A stretch of 63,837 nt of DNA, filler included, from Octopus bimaculoides (Eukaryota): the NCBI RefSeq assembly GCF_001194135.2. It is 7 parts of 3 records of this genome, joined end to end, with 100 filler letters (N's around TTAATTAATTAA, not from the genome) between each part and the next. Parts side by side here need not be neighbours in the genome. Positions count along the whole stretch, not along the records: positions 19,729 to 33,986 come from NC_068985.1; positions 34,087 to 51,145 come from NC_068985.1; 5 more parts are not named here. One strand, given 5' to 3'. Shown here piece by piece: positions 25,506 to 37,845 of the stretch. The notes beneath the pieces are model-generated. The model was not told the origin of the DNA, did not search any database, and saw nothing but the letters and a program-made list of their open reading frames with translations. A program made the position numbers and the translations under genes. Numbering within the stretch: the stretch's first letter is position 1; every line of letters starts with the position of its first letter.

Positions 25506-25916
25506 TAGTCATGTTAAACACGCGGACTGCGGGTTGCATGCGGCCCGCGTGTGGCGTAGCTAGAGGTTTAAAATGGGAAACAGAAAAAGGATTTAATAAT
25601 GATAATTTAATTAATAAAAGTAGGATGTCTGGTTCACCCTATGCGCGTGAACAGTTGATTTCTTTCGTGAAAACAACAAAGACTTTGAAAGGGACCAGGT
25701 TGACTGACAAACGTTTGTCATCATTGATGAAAGTCGGAACTGTACGGACATTTGAAGCAGATATATGAAAATTAGTAACCAAAATTATTCTAGCATCAGC
25801 TTTCATGGAATGACGGTAATCTTTGTTGTAAATGTGTGTTTAAAAATATGCACCCCACCTGATAACATGTATATGAGTAATGCAGCCCACAGAGAATCTG
25901 CAGTTTGATATGTCTT
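25506..25916 (+). mobile_element. Internally deleted hAT (Charlie/SPIN-like) element
   Basis: Degenerate TIRs TAGTCATGTTAAAC / GTTTGATATGTCTT, an 8-bp TSD AGTTAATG / AGGTAATG (7/8) and subterminal GCATGCGGCCCGCG. The peptide GSPYAREQLISFVK...RLTDKRLSSLMKV resembles the hAT C-terminal dimerisation domain. Confidence 0.8.
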
Positions 25917-28824
25917 AGGTAATGCATAATGGAGACATCACCTTAATAATATTTGCCCAGAATTGATTTTACACCGAGATAGGACTGTTGTATTAAGTAT
26001 TGTGTTCCGCCGCTTGATTTTGCTGATTTTTAAAAAAGACAACGACGATGAAAATTGCCTAATAATTTATATACAGGGCCCACAATTCTGCATCACTGTA
26101 TTTAGTACTACTGTTCCATAAATTTAAATTTCCGTAAACTGTGAAATGACTGAATCAGTCCAAAGCCGGTTTGTCAGCCTGCCAAAAGCACGTTTTGGTA
26201 CATTGAGCTGGGGTCTTGGGTTCATCTTCTTAATTGAATGTTGCTTTTGTTACATTTGAATTAAACACTTAGCCAACAGCAATTTATAATCAGACTAAAG
26301 GAGTGAAGTCCTAAACGCACGAGTCGGTTTGATTAATTTCCTATCACGTAGTCGAACAATTATATGATCAAGTTGCTAACAGTGTTTGCTGCATGGATTT
26401 TTCTGGGTTGTTATGTGTGTGTGTGTTTTTTTTTCTGCTGAAACAGTGCGTTGCTAATGATTAGGTGCGTTGTTAATGATGTAAAGCGTATGAGGATAGA
26501 ACAAATGTCGTGCAAGATATTTTCACCGACGTTCTACTGATTCCACCAATCCTCCCGATTGGTAACAACACCACTAATAATGGTTTCATTTATTTTCTAC
26601 AGGGGTGGCAGATGAGGACGAAGAACCAACAACAGCAATAAAAACGTAAATAAATGCCTAAATAATAACATGAAATCACCAGCCAGCCAACCAGCCAACT
26701 AGCCAAGCTCCTCTTGGCTAGTATATCTTCATACATTCCTGCTAGTATCGTTACCACCACCACCACCATTACTTCCACCAACATTACCAGGTTAGCCTTC
26801 CCTACAACAATATAATTGCAATATATATCACGTGATTATAACGTTTTGAGGCGGCAAATTTACGGTTATGTTCAGCCATGATAGTTTTATAACTATTTGT
26901 TACTCTGCATCTGGTAGACGGCAGTTTGATTGTAGTTAACTCAACATTAGTTTATATTTTCTTATTGCATTATGTAGGCTGCCTATGTAATGTAATGACC
27001 TTACATCCACATGTGTAATCGGTGTGTGCTTCCATGATGCGGATGTGGCATGATACATATTCTCCTTCATACATAAATACAAGCGTATATCTTTGTATAT
27101 GTGTGTGTGTGAGTGTATGTGTGTGCGGTGCGCGTTTATACGTATATATATATATATATATGTGTGTGTGTATATATGTTAGTATATATATATAGAGAGA
27201 GAGAGGGGGGGGAGAGAAGGGGAGGGAGAGAGAGTCAACAAATGAAATCCAGAAATGCTCAATATAGAAAGCACTTTGTAGCGCTCAAATGATTTGAACA
27301 TACACTCCAACATTTTTACCGAGGATTAAATCCGCAGAGTAAAGAGTGGCTATAAGAGGAATTTCAGGTAAGCAGATATGAAGCTGATAATGCAAATAAA
27401 CAAATACAACCGCTTGGGCTAGATTTAGAAAATATACGTACATATATACATGTAAATAGAGAAAAAACAACAACTGAAAATATTCAGACGATGAATATTC
27501 ATATATAAATATATAAATATTTGTATATTAACAGAACGAACTTACACAGAGTACATAGACATAGGAAATTAAAGGGAAAAGACATGGTGTTACAGGTCCG
27601 ACAGCTGTTTCTGGGGGCTCGGAAATAGTTCATAACGCTGGCAGATGTAGTTCGCATAAGGTCAAAGATATGCAACGAGTAGTGGAAGCATATAAACCAC
27701 ATGTTTATCTGTCACCTCAAGCTCTTTTTTTTTTTTTGTCACCTCCACTTCTTTTTAATACGTTCCAAGTAATATGATCAGTCTAATATTTGTAAAGGAT
27801 GGAAGTCTGCCAAATACATCTATTTCCTGCTACTATATGATGAGAAAACTGGTTAATTCTCGCAGAGCTCTGATGTTTTACTTGCCATGATTCATTCTAG
27901 TCTGTTCATTATGTCACTGCACAAGTACAAGTACAATACTTTTATATGCATCTGCATGTATCCGTATGTATATTTTTATGTTTGCTGGACAATGTAGTGT
28001 CGCTGATATAACCAACATAAATTACAAAACAGCTGTCAACAAATGGAATAAACAACTATTCTCTCACTTCACTTATCTGGTTAATATATATATATATATA
28101 TATATATANNNNNNNNNNNNNNNNNNNNNNNNNNNNNNNNNNNNNNNNNNNNNNNNNNNNNNNNNNNNNNNNNNNNNNNNNNNNNNNNNNNNNNNNNNNN
28201 NNNNNNNNNNNNNNNNNNNNNNNNNNNNNNNNNNNNNNNNNNNNNNNNNNNNNNNNNNNNNNNNNNNNNNNNNNNNNNNNNNNNNNNNNNNNNNNNNNNN
28301 NNNNNNNNNNNNNNNNNNNNNNNNNNNNNNNNNNNNNNNNNNNNNNNNNNNNNNNNNNNNNNNNNNNNNNNNNNNNNNNNNNNNNNNNNNNNNNNNNNNN
28401 NNNNNNNNNNNNNNNNNNNNNNNNNNNNNNNNNNNNNNNNNNNNNNNNNNNNNNNNNNNNNNNNNNNNNNNNNNNNNNNNNNNNNNNNNNNNNNNNNNNN
28501 NNNNNNNNNNNNNNNNNNNNNNNNNNNNNNNNNNNNNNNNNNNNNNNNNNNNNNNNNNNNNNNNNNNNNNNNNNNNNNNNNTATATATAGGCGCCGAAAT
28601 GTGTATAGAGATACAATAACTTGTCAACAGACAGCTATGGGACTCGAGCCCATATCTCTGGCTGTTTGTTGACAAATTGTTTCGCTTTGTAAGGGTAATT
28701 CACCCAATGTTACAGCTGTTCTAACGGCATCTGAGTGTTCGAAAATAAATTATCGTCTTATTTGTATCTCTATACACATTTCAGCGCTTATTAAAAGACA
28801 AAAGAAAAAACAGTTGTAAGTTTG

Positions 28825-28859
<35 letters not shown>

Positions 28860-28862
<3 letters not shown>

Positions 28863-29164
28863 CATTATCGATCGCACATACACAGTGTATGTGTTTTGTT
28901 TATACGTCGAATTCGCTGCGTGAAAGCGTCCTGGAAAGCCTCCTACACAGCACTGAATGTTAAAGAACATTTGAATATAACAGGCCAGGCGAGACAACTC
29001 CCCTTGGAATAAACGCGAGAATTGTATATGCCAATATTTCGCTATTATTGTGGCTTATCAATACCAGACAGTCGACAGAGTAGAGAGTTTTCCCACACGC
29101 TATGCTGCAGCAGATTCGGTGTATAAGCAAAGCACATATTATGTACGTGCGATCGATACTGCTT
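28860..29164. mobile_element. MITE-like element with imperfect inverted termini of about 67 bp
   Basis: AGCATTATCGATCGCACATAC...GAAAGCG (28860-28928) is the reverse complement of CGCTATG...GCGATCGATACTGCTT (29098-29164), with several mismatches. Confidence 0.7.
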
Positions 29165-29380
29165 ACGCTACAAGAGCTGCTTTAATTTCCTAATTTAATA
29201 TGTATATATATTAAATAAGACGAAAGTAGAGACTTCTTAGGGTGATCCTCGTTCCAAGTTTTCAACATTCGTGTGGTTTAACGGTGGGATTTAATTTTAC
29301 AATGAGACTAAATATACGTTTATTAAACATTCATATTCCAGCAGACACATTTAGTCATAACCCACGCTATATTGGTAAGG

Positions 29381-29417
<37 letters not shown>

Positions 29418-30792
29418 GTATGTATGTATGTATGTAGAGATAAACTTACTTGGAAATGGATGCGTGGCGTTCAATCAAATAATAATATAATATATATATA
29501 TATATATANNNNNNNNNNNNNNNNNNNNNNNNNNNNNNNNNNNNNNNNNNNNNNNNNNNNNNNNNNNNNNNNNNNNNNNNNNNNNNNNNNNNNNNNNNNN
29601 NNNNNNNNNNNNNNNNNNNNNNNNNNNNNNNNNNNNNNNNNNNNNNNNNNNNNNNNNNNNNNNNNNNNNNNNNNNNNNNNNNNNNNNNNNNNNNNNNNNN
29701 NNNNNNNNNNNNNNNNNNNNNNNNNNNNNNNNNNNNNNNNNNNNNNNNNNNNNNNNNNNNNNNNNNNNNNNNNNNNNNNNNNNNNNNNNNNNNNNNNNNN
29801 NNNNNNNNNNNNNNNNNNNNNNNNNNNNNNNNNNNNNNNNNNNNNNNNNNNNNNNNNNNNNNNNNNNNNNNNNNNNNNNNNNNNNNNNNNNNNNNNNNNN
29901 NNNNNNNNNNNNNNNNNNNNNNNNNNNNNNNNNNNNNNNNNNNNNNNNNNNNNNNNNNNNNNNNNNNNNNNNNNNNNNNNNNNNNNNNNNNNNNNNNNNN
30001 NNNNNNNNNNNNNNNNNNNNNNNNNNNNNNNNNNNNNNNNNNNNNNNNNNNNNNNNNNNNNNNNNNNNNNNNNNNNNNNNNNNNNNNNNNNNNNNNNNNN
30101 NNNNNNNNNNNNNNNNNNNNNNNNNNNNNNNNNNNNNNNNNNNNNNNNNNNNNNNNNNNNNNNNNNNNNNNNNNNNNNNNNNNNNNNNNNNNNNNNNNNN
30201 NNNNNNNNNNNNNNNNNNNNNNNNNNNNNNNNNNNNNNNNNNNNNNNNNNNNNNNNNNNNNNNNNNNNNNNNNNNNNNNNNNNNNNNNNNNNNNNNNNNN
30301 NNNNNNNNNNNNNNNNNNNNNNNNNNNNNNNNNNNNNNNNNNNNNNNNNNNNNNNNNNNNNNNNNNNNNNNNNNNNNNNNNNTATATATATATATATATA
30401 TATTATTTATATTATGTATGCATGTATGCATGTGTGTATGTACGCTCTTATAAAAACAACTACATGTACACGCACGTACGCACCACAAATAATTCTTTAT
30501 CTCTCCTTCGAAACACATACGCAATAACTAATACAAACATGCACAAACACTACCACGTACAAACACTACTAAGCAAGATATACCGCAACGCAAGGGCGCA
30601 CATCACAACATACGCATCGCCATCACAACATATGAAACAATACATACATACACAACACACTATACACCACTCACGACCACGACCACGGCCACGGCCACGA
30701 CCGCCATAACCACCACGACCACCATCATCACCACCACTGCTAGACTATACAAAGGAACATACTAACACATACACGCACACATACGACTGCAA

Positions 30793-30840
<48 letters not shown>

Positions 30841-31683
30841 ACAACACCAACAATAATTTTCACCACGTCAACACCGTTTTAATATTATCTGTTTTCCACC
30901 AGTATTTTCATCCTCTCTCTTTCTCTCTGTTTCTGTCTGTCATTCTCTTCCTCTCTTCTTCTCCTCTCTATTACCCACCGTTATCCTCAGCCATCAGACT
31001 CCTCCCTAATCAAATAGCCCAACCCTACCGAAATTTTCGACTAGGTTCAATTATGTGTGACCCTAACAAGGCGTTTCGGACAGAGATATTTGGTATTTAT
31101 TACTCCCCTGAGTCATAGGCTATAAACCATAGCTGCTTTAAGTTTTCCCGCCATTGCAGAAGACATTTTATTATTAACGGCAGCCATGTTTGATATATTT
31201 TCACCGCATTTGTGTTTAGATACAGCGGCTTTGGCTTTGTATGCATGTATTATATATATATATTTACGTGTAATTATGTGTCTATGTGCGTTTGTGTGTA
31301 ACTATTTGTTGCTATATTTGTGGCTTTAGCTTTGTAAGTATGCTGTACGTACGTTTGTATGTTAATCTTTACATTTGTGGTTTTGACTTTGTATGGACGT
31401 TTCTATGTATATATATATGCATAAGTATATATCTCTAACTGTCAATTAAAGTCTCTCTTGCACCATCATTCTCTCCTCCCCTCTTTCTCTCTTCCTCACT
31501 TGATTTCTTTTCACTTCTCTTTTAACTGACTCAGTTTATATGAATGTGCTTGTGTGACTGTGAATGAATGCATATGAATGTGCATTTGAGTTTGTGTGAG
31601 TTGAAAATTCTTTCTGACTATGTATGCATGCATGTATGGAGACACACACACATCTACGCGCACACCAAACACACACACACACA

Positions 31684-31756
<73 letters not shown>

Positions 31757-31959
31757 GCACACATACACGCAAACACAAACGACACAGAGACAAGAGACAA
31801 AGAAGGAGGTCACGCGTGGAGTTTACATAAATATTGTTTTGTTCTTATGGATAAATATTCTTCAGACACACTTGTCTACATGTGTGTATATGTGTGCGCA
31901 CGTGGGTGTATATATATATCACATTGTATGGGGAGAAATATAACAGTTCCGTGGATGGC

Positions 31960-32350
31960 GCTACTTAATCAGAAATTTAGAAAAGAAGCGCTCATCGTAT
32001 TAGTTGAAAGTTACGCTTGGCTATAAATCGGGCAAACTATAAAATACCAACATGGACAAATACAGTATCCTTCCCTGACGTATGACAGATACATTACATC
32101 ATATCTGACAAATAAAGGACATGCCTTCACTCGTCGGGGACAGGAGTTGATAAGGAAAATATTCGTTAAATAAAAGAAACCTCTTGGTTGTGATATAAAA
32201 TGCTGTGTCATATCAGTGTGGAAGATATTACTCTCATCATCATCAACTGTCCGATAATGTTCACATGGTATTACGTCCTTTGCATGAGAGATGACGTTAT
32301 TGCCGAATCTGTTTACAATGCTGTTCGTAAGAAGGATCGTACTGATCGTG
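31960..32350 (+). mobile_element. Heavily decayed REL-type retrotransposon fragment (same group as 23718-24715)
   Basis: Plus strand gives VEDITLIIINCPIMFTWYYVLCMRDDVIAESVYNAVRKKD, matching EDITHIISN...RHDVVARTLYNEICRKD of the 23.7-24.7 kb copy. Confidence 0.55.
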
Positions 32351-32431
32351 CTGAATGATCGTACCAACCAAACACCAGAAGCAATAATGTATCCTTACTT
32401 CTCAGAATAAGGAATAGTCTTTTAATCTCTT

Positions 32432-32640
32432 ATATTTTAATTTTTTTCAGTCTTAGACTGTAGCCAAGCCGGAGCACTGCCTTGAATTGTTAGTCGAAAG
32501 AATCAACTCCAGTGCATTTTTTCAAAGCCTGGTACTTATTCTATCGGTCTCTTGCCGAACCGCTAGGCTACATGGGACGTAAACAGACCAACACCGGTTG
32601 TCAAGCAGTGGTGGAGACACACACGCACGCACACACGTGC
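32432..32640 (-). mobile_element. SINE family S2 tail
   Basis: Reverse complement of the S2 tail (GGAGCACTGCC...CTATCGGTCTCTTGCCGAACCGCTA...CCGGTTGTCAAGC). Confidence 0.75.
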
Positions 32641-32650
32641 GCGCGAACAT

Positions 32651-32685
<35 letters not shown>

Positions 32686-32874
32686 ATAGAAACAGGTTTC
32701 AAAGAAAAAAACTGCAAGTGGTATAAATAGGAGAAAAGTAAATAGAAACAAAGAAAATGCACACTAGGTATAAAAATAATGACCTTTTTTAAAAAATAAA
32801 AACAAAGATGTATACATACAAATAAATGATTTGAGGTGGAATTAAGAAGTATAAAAATCATTATCATGAGTCAA

Positions 32875-33622
32875 TATAGAAAGTCATACCGGTTTCGTCA
32901 TCGCTGTTCGCTGACTTTGAATCAACACCGATTTCCAAACGGTGTTGGATCTAATAGTACCTGAGTGAAAAGATTGCATACAAGAGAAGCTAGCAGTTCT
33001 GAAAGTGATGCAACTAGGTTAATATGATTAATAGAGTATGATTGATATCTGGGATGTATGAGGATTAGTGGGATTATTGGTATTAGTAAGGTTAGTAGTG
33101 TCCTGTATTAAGTTGTGGTTGATATTTATTAATGAAAGTTGCAGCTTTATTTAGTCTTTGCTGCACTGAGGTGTCCTGGGAACATTGATAAAAAGGGAAA
33201 ATTAGAAAGTTTCGTTTAAGCTTTCTAGCACATCTATCTATGTGCTCACTGACCTATATTGTGGGAAGCGGATTTGTTCTTTGTGAAGCGTTGTTTGTCA
33301 GAGGGACATTCGTGTTTCCTCTATATAGTGGTTTTCGCAACCTAAGCGGATAATAGCATAGATTAGGTTTTCAGAGGTACAAGTCAAATTTACTTTATCT
33401 TAAATATTTCACCTTGTTTGAAGTGAAATTCTTACCTTCCAAAAGGTGGGGGCATGTGCCACATTTAAGCCGCCCGCTTTTTCCCACTTTTGGTTTCGTT
33501 ATTAAGGGATATAGTTTTGATACTGACGAATACTTTTTGACAGCCCAAATTCTTAAAATGAATTTATTGTCTTTCTGTATGAAACGATTGTAGGCTACAT
33601 GAATAAAAATCTCTTCCATTTA
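32875..33622 (-). mobile_element. Penelope-like element, 3' relic: GIY-YIG endonuclease plus hammerhead-bearing terminal region
   Basis: KCGTCPHL...TCTSENLIYAIIRLGCENHYIEET (degenerate GIY-YIG with flanking Cys), ending KYQPQLNTGHY* at 33092. A hammerhead-like motif follows about 174 nt downstream. Confidence 0.85.
32880..32918 (-). ncRNA. Minimal hammerhead-like motif with G3:C8 core (family E)
   Basis: Minus strand reads AAAGTCA-GCGAACA-GCGATGAC-GAAAC-CG-GTA-TGACTTT. Perfect 7-bp stem I and palindromic ACCGGT in stem III. Confidence 0.6.
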
Positions 33623-33670
33623 TGAAAAATAGGATTGAATTTTGTTTTATATATACATATATATATATAT

Positions 33671-33986
33671 GGGAGAATATACAAAAAATAACAACAGACG
33701 AGGACAGGTGGTGTAAATAACAAAAGTATATATTAGTATGACGCTCGGGAATACGGAAAGTCTTTGACGTTTCGAGCTACGCTCTTCAACAGAAAGAATA
33801 CGGAGACAAGGAGAAAAACACGGAGAAAAAAAATTGAATAGTGTTCAGTCAACGGTCAATCATAATAATGGCCGATCATAACAATGACTGACCGGAAGTT
33901 AGAAATTCTTATTTCAGGAGAGCTAAGAAAGGGGGAGATAACAAACGGTGATCGGGAACGAGGGGCTGTGTGTGGGAGGTAGACTG
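33671..33986 (-). mobile_element. Repeat family A copy 2 (longest); hammerhead-like motif at 33761-33797
   Basis: Near identical to 1262-1468 and extends 109 bp further before a gap. Confidence 0.8.
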
Positions 33987-34669
33987 NNNNNNNNNNNNNN
34001 NNNNNNNNNNNNNNNNNNNNNNNNNNNNNNTTAATTAATTAANNNNNNNNNNNNNNNNNNNNNNNNNNNNNNNNNNNNNNNNNNNNACATACATACATAA
34101 ATACATACATACAAACATACACACATACATACAAACATACATACATACAAACATACATACATACATACATACATACATAAAAACATACATACATACATAC
34201 ATACATACATACATACATACATACATACACACAGATTCGCTGAGCAACTGATGAGAGTTTCCCTGAACGGCTGTGCGATAATTCATCTTTTGTCAGGAAT
34301 GCCATGCTAATGGAGAACAGCACGTGATAGCAGTCACGTGTTCAGACCTCTTGTAACAAAGGAATTTCTACCAGACTTCTTGAAATTGTAGGAATGGTGT
34401 TGAGAGCGAGTTGCCAACATGACGGTACTGATGTTTAGAATATCTTAATTCTTGCGGATGAGTTTGTTGTCAATGTAACAGTATCAGGAAAAATGGGAAG
34501 AATATTTTTTGTTGTGAGTTTGTGCATGCGTGTTGCTCCATCACTGTCTTCTCTTTATATATGAATGTATGTACACACACATATACACTCACACACATAC
34601 ACTCACACACGCGCACACGTATATGTATAAATGTATGCACATGCGTGTGTATATATATATATATATATA

Positions 34670-34867
34670 GGAGAATATACAAAAAATAACAACAAACGAG
34701 GACAGGTGGTGTAAATAACAAAAGTATATATTAGTATGACGCTCGGGAATACGGAAAGTCTTTGACGTTTCGAGCTACGCTCTTCAACAGAAAGAATACG
34801 GAGACAAGGAGAAAAACACGGAGAAAAAAAATTGAATAGTGTTCAGTCAACGGTCAATCATAATAAT
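34670..34867 (-). mobile_element. Repeat family A copy 3; hammerhead-like motif at 34759-34795
   Basis: Near identical to copies 1 and 2. Confidence 0.8.
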
Positions 34868-34934
34868 AATATACACAAACACACACATACACAGACATAT
34901 ATATGCGTGTGTGTGTGTATGTGTTGTGTGTGTT

Positions 34935-34986
<52 letters not shown>

Positions 34987-36160
34987 TATATAGATATATA
35001 TATATATATTCACTCAATATGGTATACTCACAATTATAAGCATATATATAATATCCAAGTATATCTGTGTACGCACACACACGCACGCACACACATACAC
35101 ACACGCATGCACATACATACACACACGCGCATACAATATGTATGAGTGTGTAAGTGTATATGGGTGTGTAGCTTTTACCGGTTTGGGGACCGAGAACATT
35201 ATATTTATTAGATACACATTAGTTACACGTGCGGAACAGAACGGATATGTTTATTTGCAATCAGCCATGTGGATGGAGTCAGGTCTAACGAGAATCAATA
35301 TTGATGTGCAGAAAGAAGAGAAGGGTAGTTTCCTGTCGGACCGTTTTATGGTATATCGATTGCTCCCAAGAGAAAAAGTACCCGCCTTCTTTCTAAAACG
35401 AACAACATAAATCAGCTTTTATGTAAGACACTCATAAGTTCGGCTAGCATCGTGATGGTTAGCCTAATACGCTCAATTATTCACTTGAAAGCTTGTTGTG
35501 AATTAAACAATGTGTAAAACTCAGCATAAATCAAAAGATTAAAATAAATTTAAATACTGCAAAGTCCCCATGTGGGTGAGATAAAAATGTAAGTATATTT
35601 TTCTATGCTGATAATTTGCGGGGACAAAATAGGAAACTAATTTTTTCATTTGATTGGATCTAGGTATGAGAAGAGGTGAACAAATCTGAAACAGTCTGTC
35701 TTTTTTCTGCCCTCTTGGAGGTTTTGTAATACATTTATTTCAGGTCTCCTGATTTACGCAAGCTGCACATATGTACGCGCCCGTGTGTGTATGTATGCAT
35801 TATGCATGTATGTATGTATGTATGTATGTATGTATGTATCTATCTATCTATCTATTTATCTCTCTCTCTCTCTCTCTCTCTCTATATANNNNNNNNNNNN
35901 NNNNNNNNNNNNNNNNNNNNNNNNNNNNNNNNNNNNNNNNNNNNNNNNNNNNNNNNNNNNNNNNNNNNNNNNNNNNNNNNNNNNNNNNNNNNNNNNNNNN
36001 NNNNNNNNNNNNNNNNNNNNNNNNNNNNNNNNNNNNNNNNNNNNNNNNNNNNNNNNNNNNNNNNNNNNNNNNNNNNNNNNNNNNNNNNNNNNNNNNNNNN
36101 NNNNNNNNNNNNNNNNNNNNNNNNNNNNNNNNNNNNNNNNNNNNNNNNNNNNNNNNNNNN

Positions 36161-36208
<48 letters not shown>

Positions 36209-36711
36209 CACATATATACATATGCATGCAAGCTATGGTTTGGTGTGACGCATTTTGTGTTCCATTCTATGAGCTTTTTGATTAGGTGCTCATTTGTTTT
36301 GTAATTGGTATTCATTTCATTTCCATAATAGCATGCAATATGTGTATTTTGGGTAGGGTCAATGCTTGATGCATTTGTTGCATTGTATTTCTGACTATAT
36401 TCATCAGTTTACTTATCTGGTTGTATATCCATTGTAAATTAATGTTTGATTTATTTCGTGGATTCCTTTATCTGGCGTTTCATTACAGACATTTTGTTGT
36501 CAGTTTTCACCAATATGCATTTATCTGTGACTTTTTGTGTAAGCTGTTGTAATGTATGTATTGTTTTAAATCTGACTATTTATATCAAGAAATGGAATCA
36601 TATTAGTATTGCTTTTCGGATGTTTAGTTTTAAAACTAAAATTGTTCACTAGGTTCTCCACTAATTTCCCATTGTTGTTTAATATATCCTTTACAACTAG
36701 TATAATGTCAA

Positions 36712-36989
36712 GTAAAGAATAAAAAGTTTAGAATGGTATAACAATGCACTATAGAACAAAAAATGGACTATATACCTGTTGTAATTTGGTTATCTATAGT
36801 CCGATGATATTTCGGAATTGTAATTCCGAAATATCATCTGTAGCAGAGACTCCAGCAAATAAGATCTGAAGAAGGAATTGTAATTCCGAAATATCATCGG
36901 ACTATAGATAACCAAATTACAACAAGTATATAATCCATTTTTTGTTCTATAGTGCATTGTTATACCATTCTAAACTTTTTATTCTTTAC
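36712..36989. mobile_element. Fold-back (inverted) Penelope-like terminal repeat with hammerhead and 9-bp TSD
   Basis: Arms of about 108 bp (36712-36819 and 36882-36989) differ at 2 positions. TATAATGTC lies at 36701-36709 and 36991-36999. Confidence 0.8.
36863..36898 (+). ncRNA. Minimal hammerhead motif with canonical core (family D)
   Basis: GAT-CTGAAGA-A-GGAATT GT AATTCC-GAAAT-ATC-ATC; cleavage triplet AUC. Confidence 0.7.
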
Positions 36990-37269
36990 ATATAATGTCT
37001 AGGTATCTTTTGTATATCTTACTCGAGTTGAGGTATTATTTTATTTTCTACTGTAACGAAGTATAATGTAGCGAATGTTGGTTCAAGGGTGGAATCCATA
37101 GCTTCTCCATCTATTGTACTTCCGGTGTAAAAATTACTAGTAGTGTTTTTTTTTTTTAATAATTTTGCTTGTATCATGGATGGCATTATTTTTGGGGGTT
37201 GGTCAGTATACTGGTTCTATAAATTCTGATATTTATACTTTGCCTCACATATTTTCGGTTCCAGACTCT

Positions 37270-37845
37270 ATGGTATAGTATATCGAATGCGTTATTCACT
37301 TTTGCCATCAGTTGTCAACATCTTTGTCGACCTTAATATCTGATAATAAGTAATTGAACTGGCGAACTATCTTCAGTTCTACTCACCGATGGTGACGCAG
37401 GGAAGGTGGTTGGTAAGCTTTCTGGGGTATTGGGGAGTGAAAAACTCGGTAGCCTCTGCAGAACAGTATGTCACATGCTGATGGGCTGACGCTGTGTGGG
37501 TAACAAGCGCATCTCCGGAAAAGAGTAGCTCTTGGATGAATTGATTCAGTATCTTGAATTGGGGCTGTAATCACCTCAGCTTCAATAGGGCCAACATCGA
37601 TAATGGATGGGATCTATAGCCTGTCTTCCTCATCGAGATCTTCAGTGACCCTTACAAGCATCATTCTGAGGAAGATGGTAAAGAGAGATGGTATGGAGAC
37701 GCAGTCCTACTTTACTCCGTTCCGTATGAGGAAAGGCTTTCCGATCTCGTTGTTGTATCTGATATGTAGCTGGATGACCATGTTGAAGAGTTATGTGGTG
37801 GCGGGCATCCCTGTATTCCAAGATTTCCGGTAGAACCCATATATC
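37270..37845 (-). mobile_element. RTE-clade (BovB-like) LINE reverse transcriptase fragment, decayed
   Basis: IRYNNEIGKPFLIRNGVK*DCVSIPSLFTIFLRMML.RVTEDLDEED...IQELLFSGDALVTHT...DIKVDKDVDN matches the RTE pattern NGVKQGCVLAPTLF...ELLFADD...IDKEVDNR. Confidence 0.8.

Noticed and set aside
27260-27720. Possible exons (CAG|GTAAGC donor near 27368; open frame PTAVSGGSEIVHNAG...)
   Set aside because: The first candidate has stops in all three frames, and the second lacks a donor and any recognisable homology.
34245-34280. CTGATGA-GAGTTTCCCT-GAAC
   Set aside because: The GAAA box is incomplete and stems I and III are not supported.
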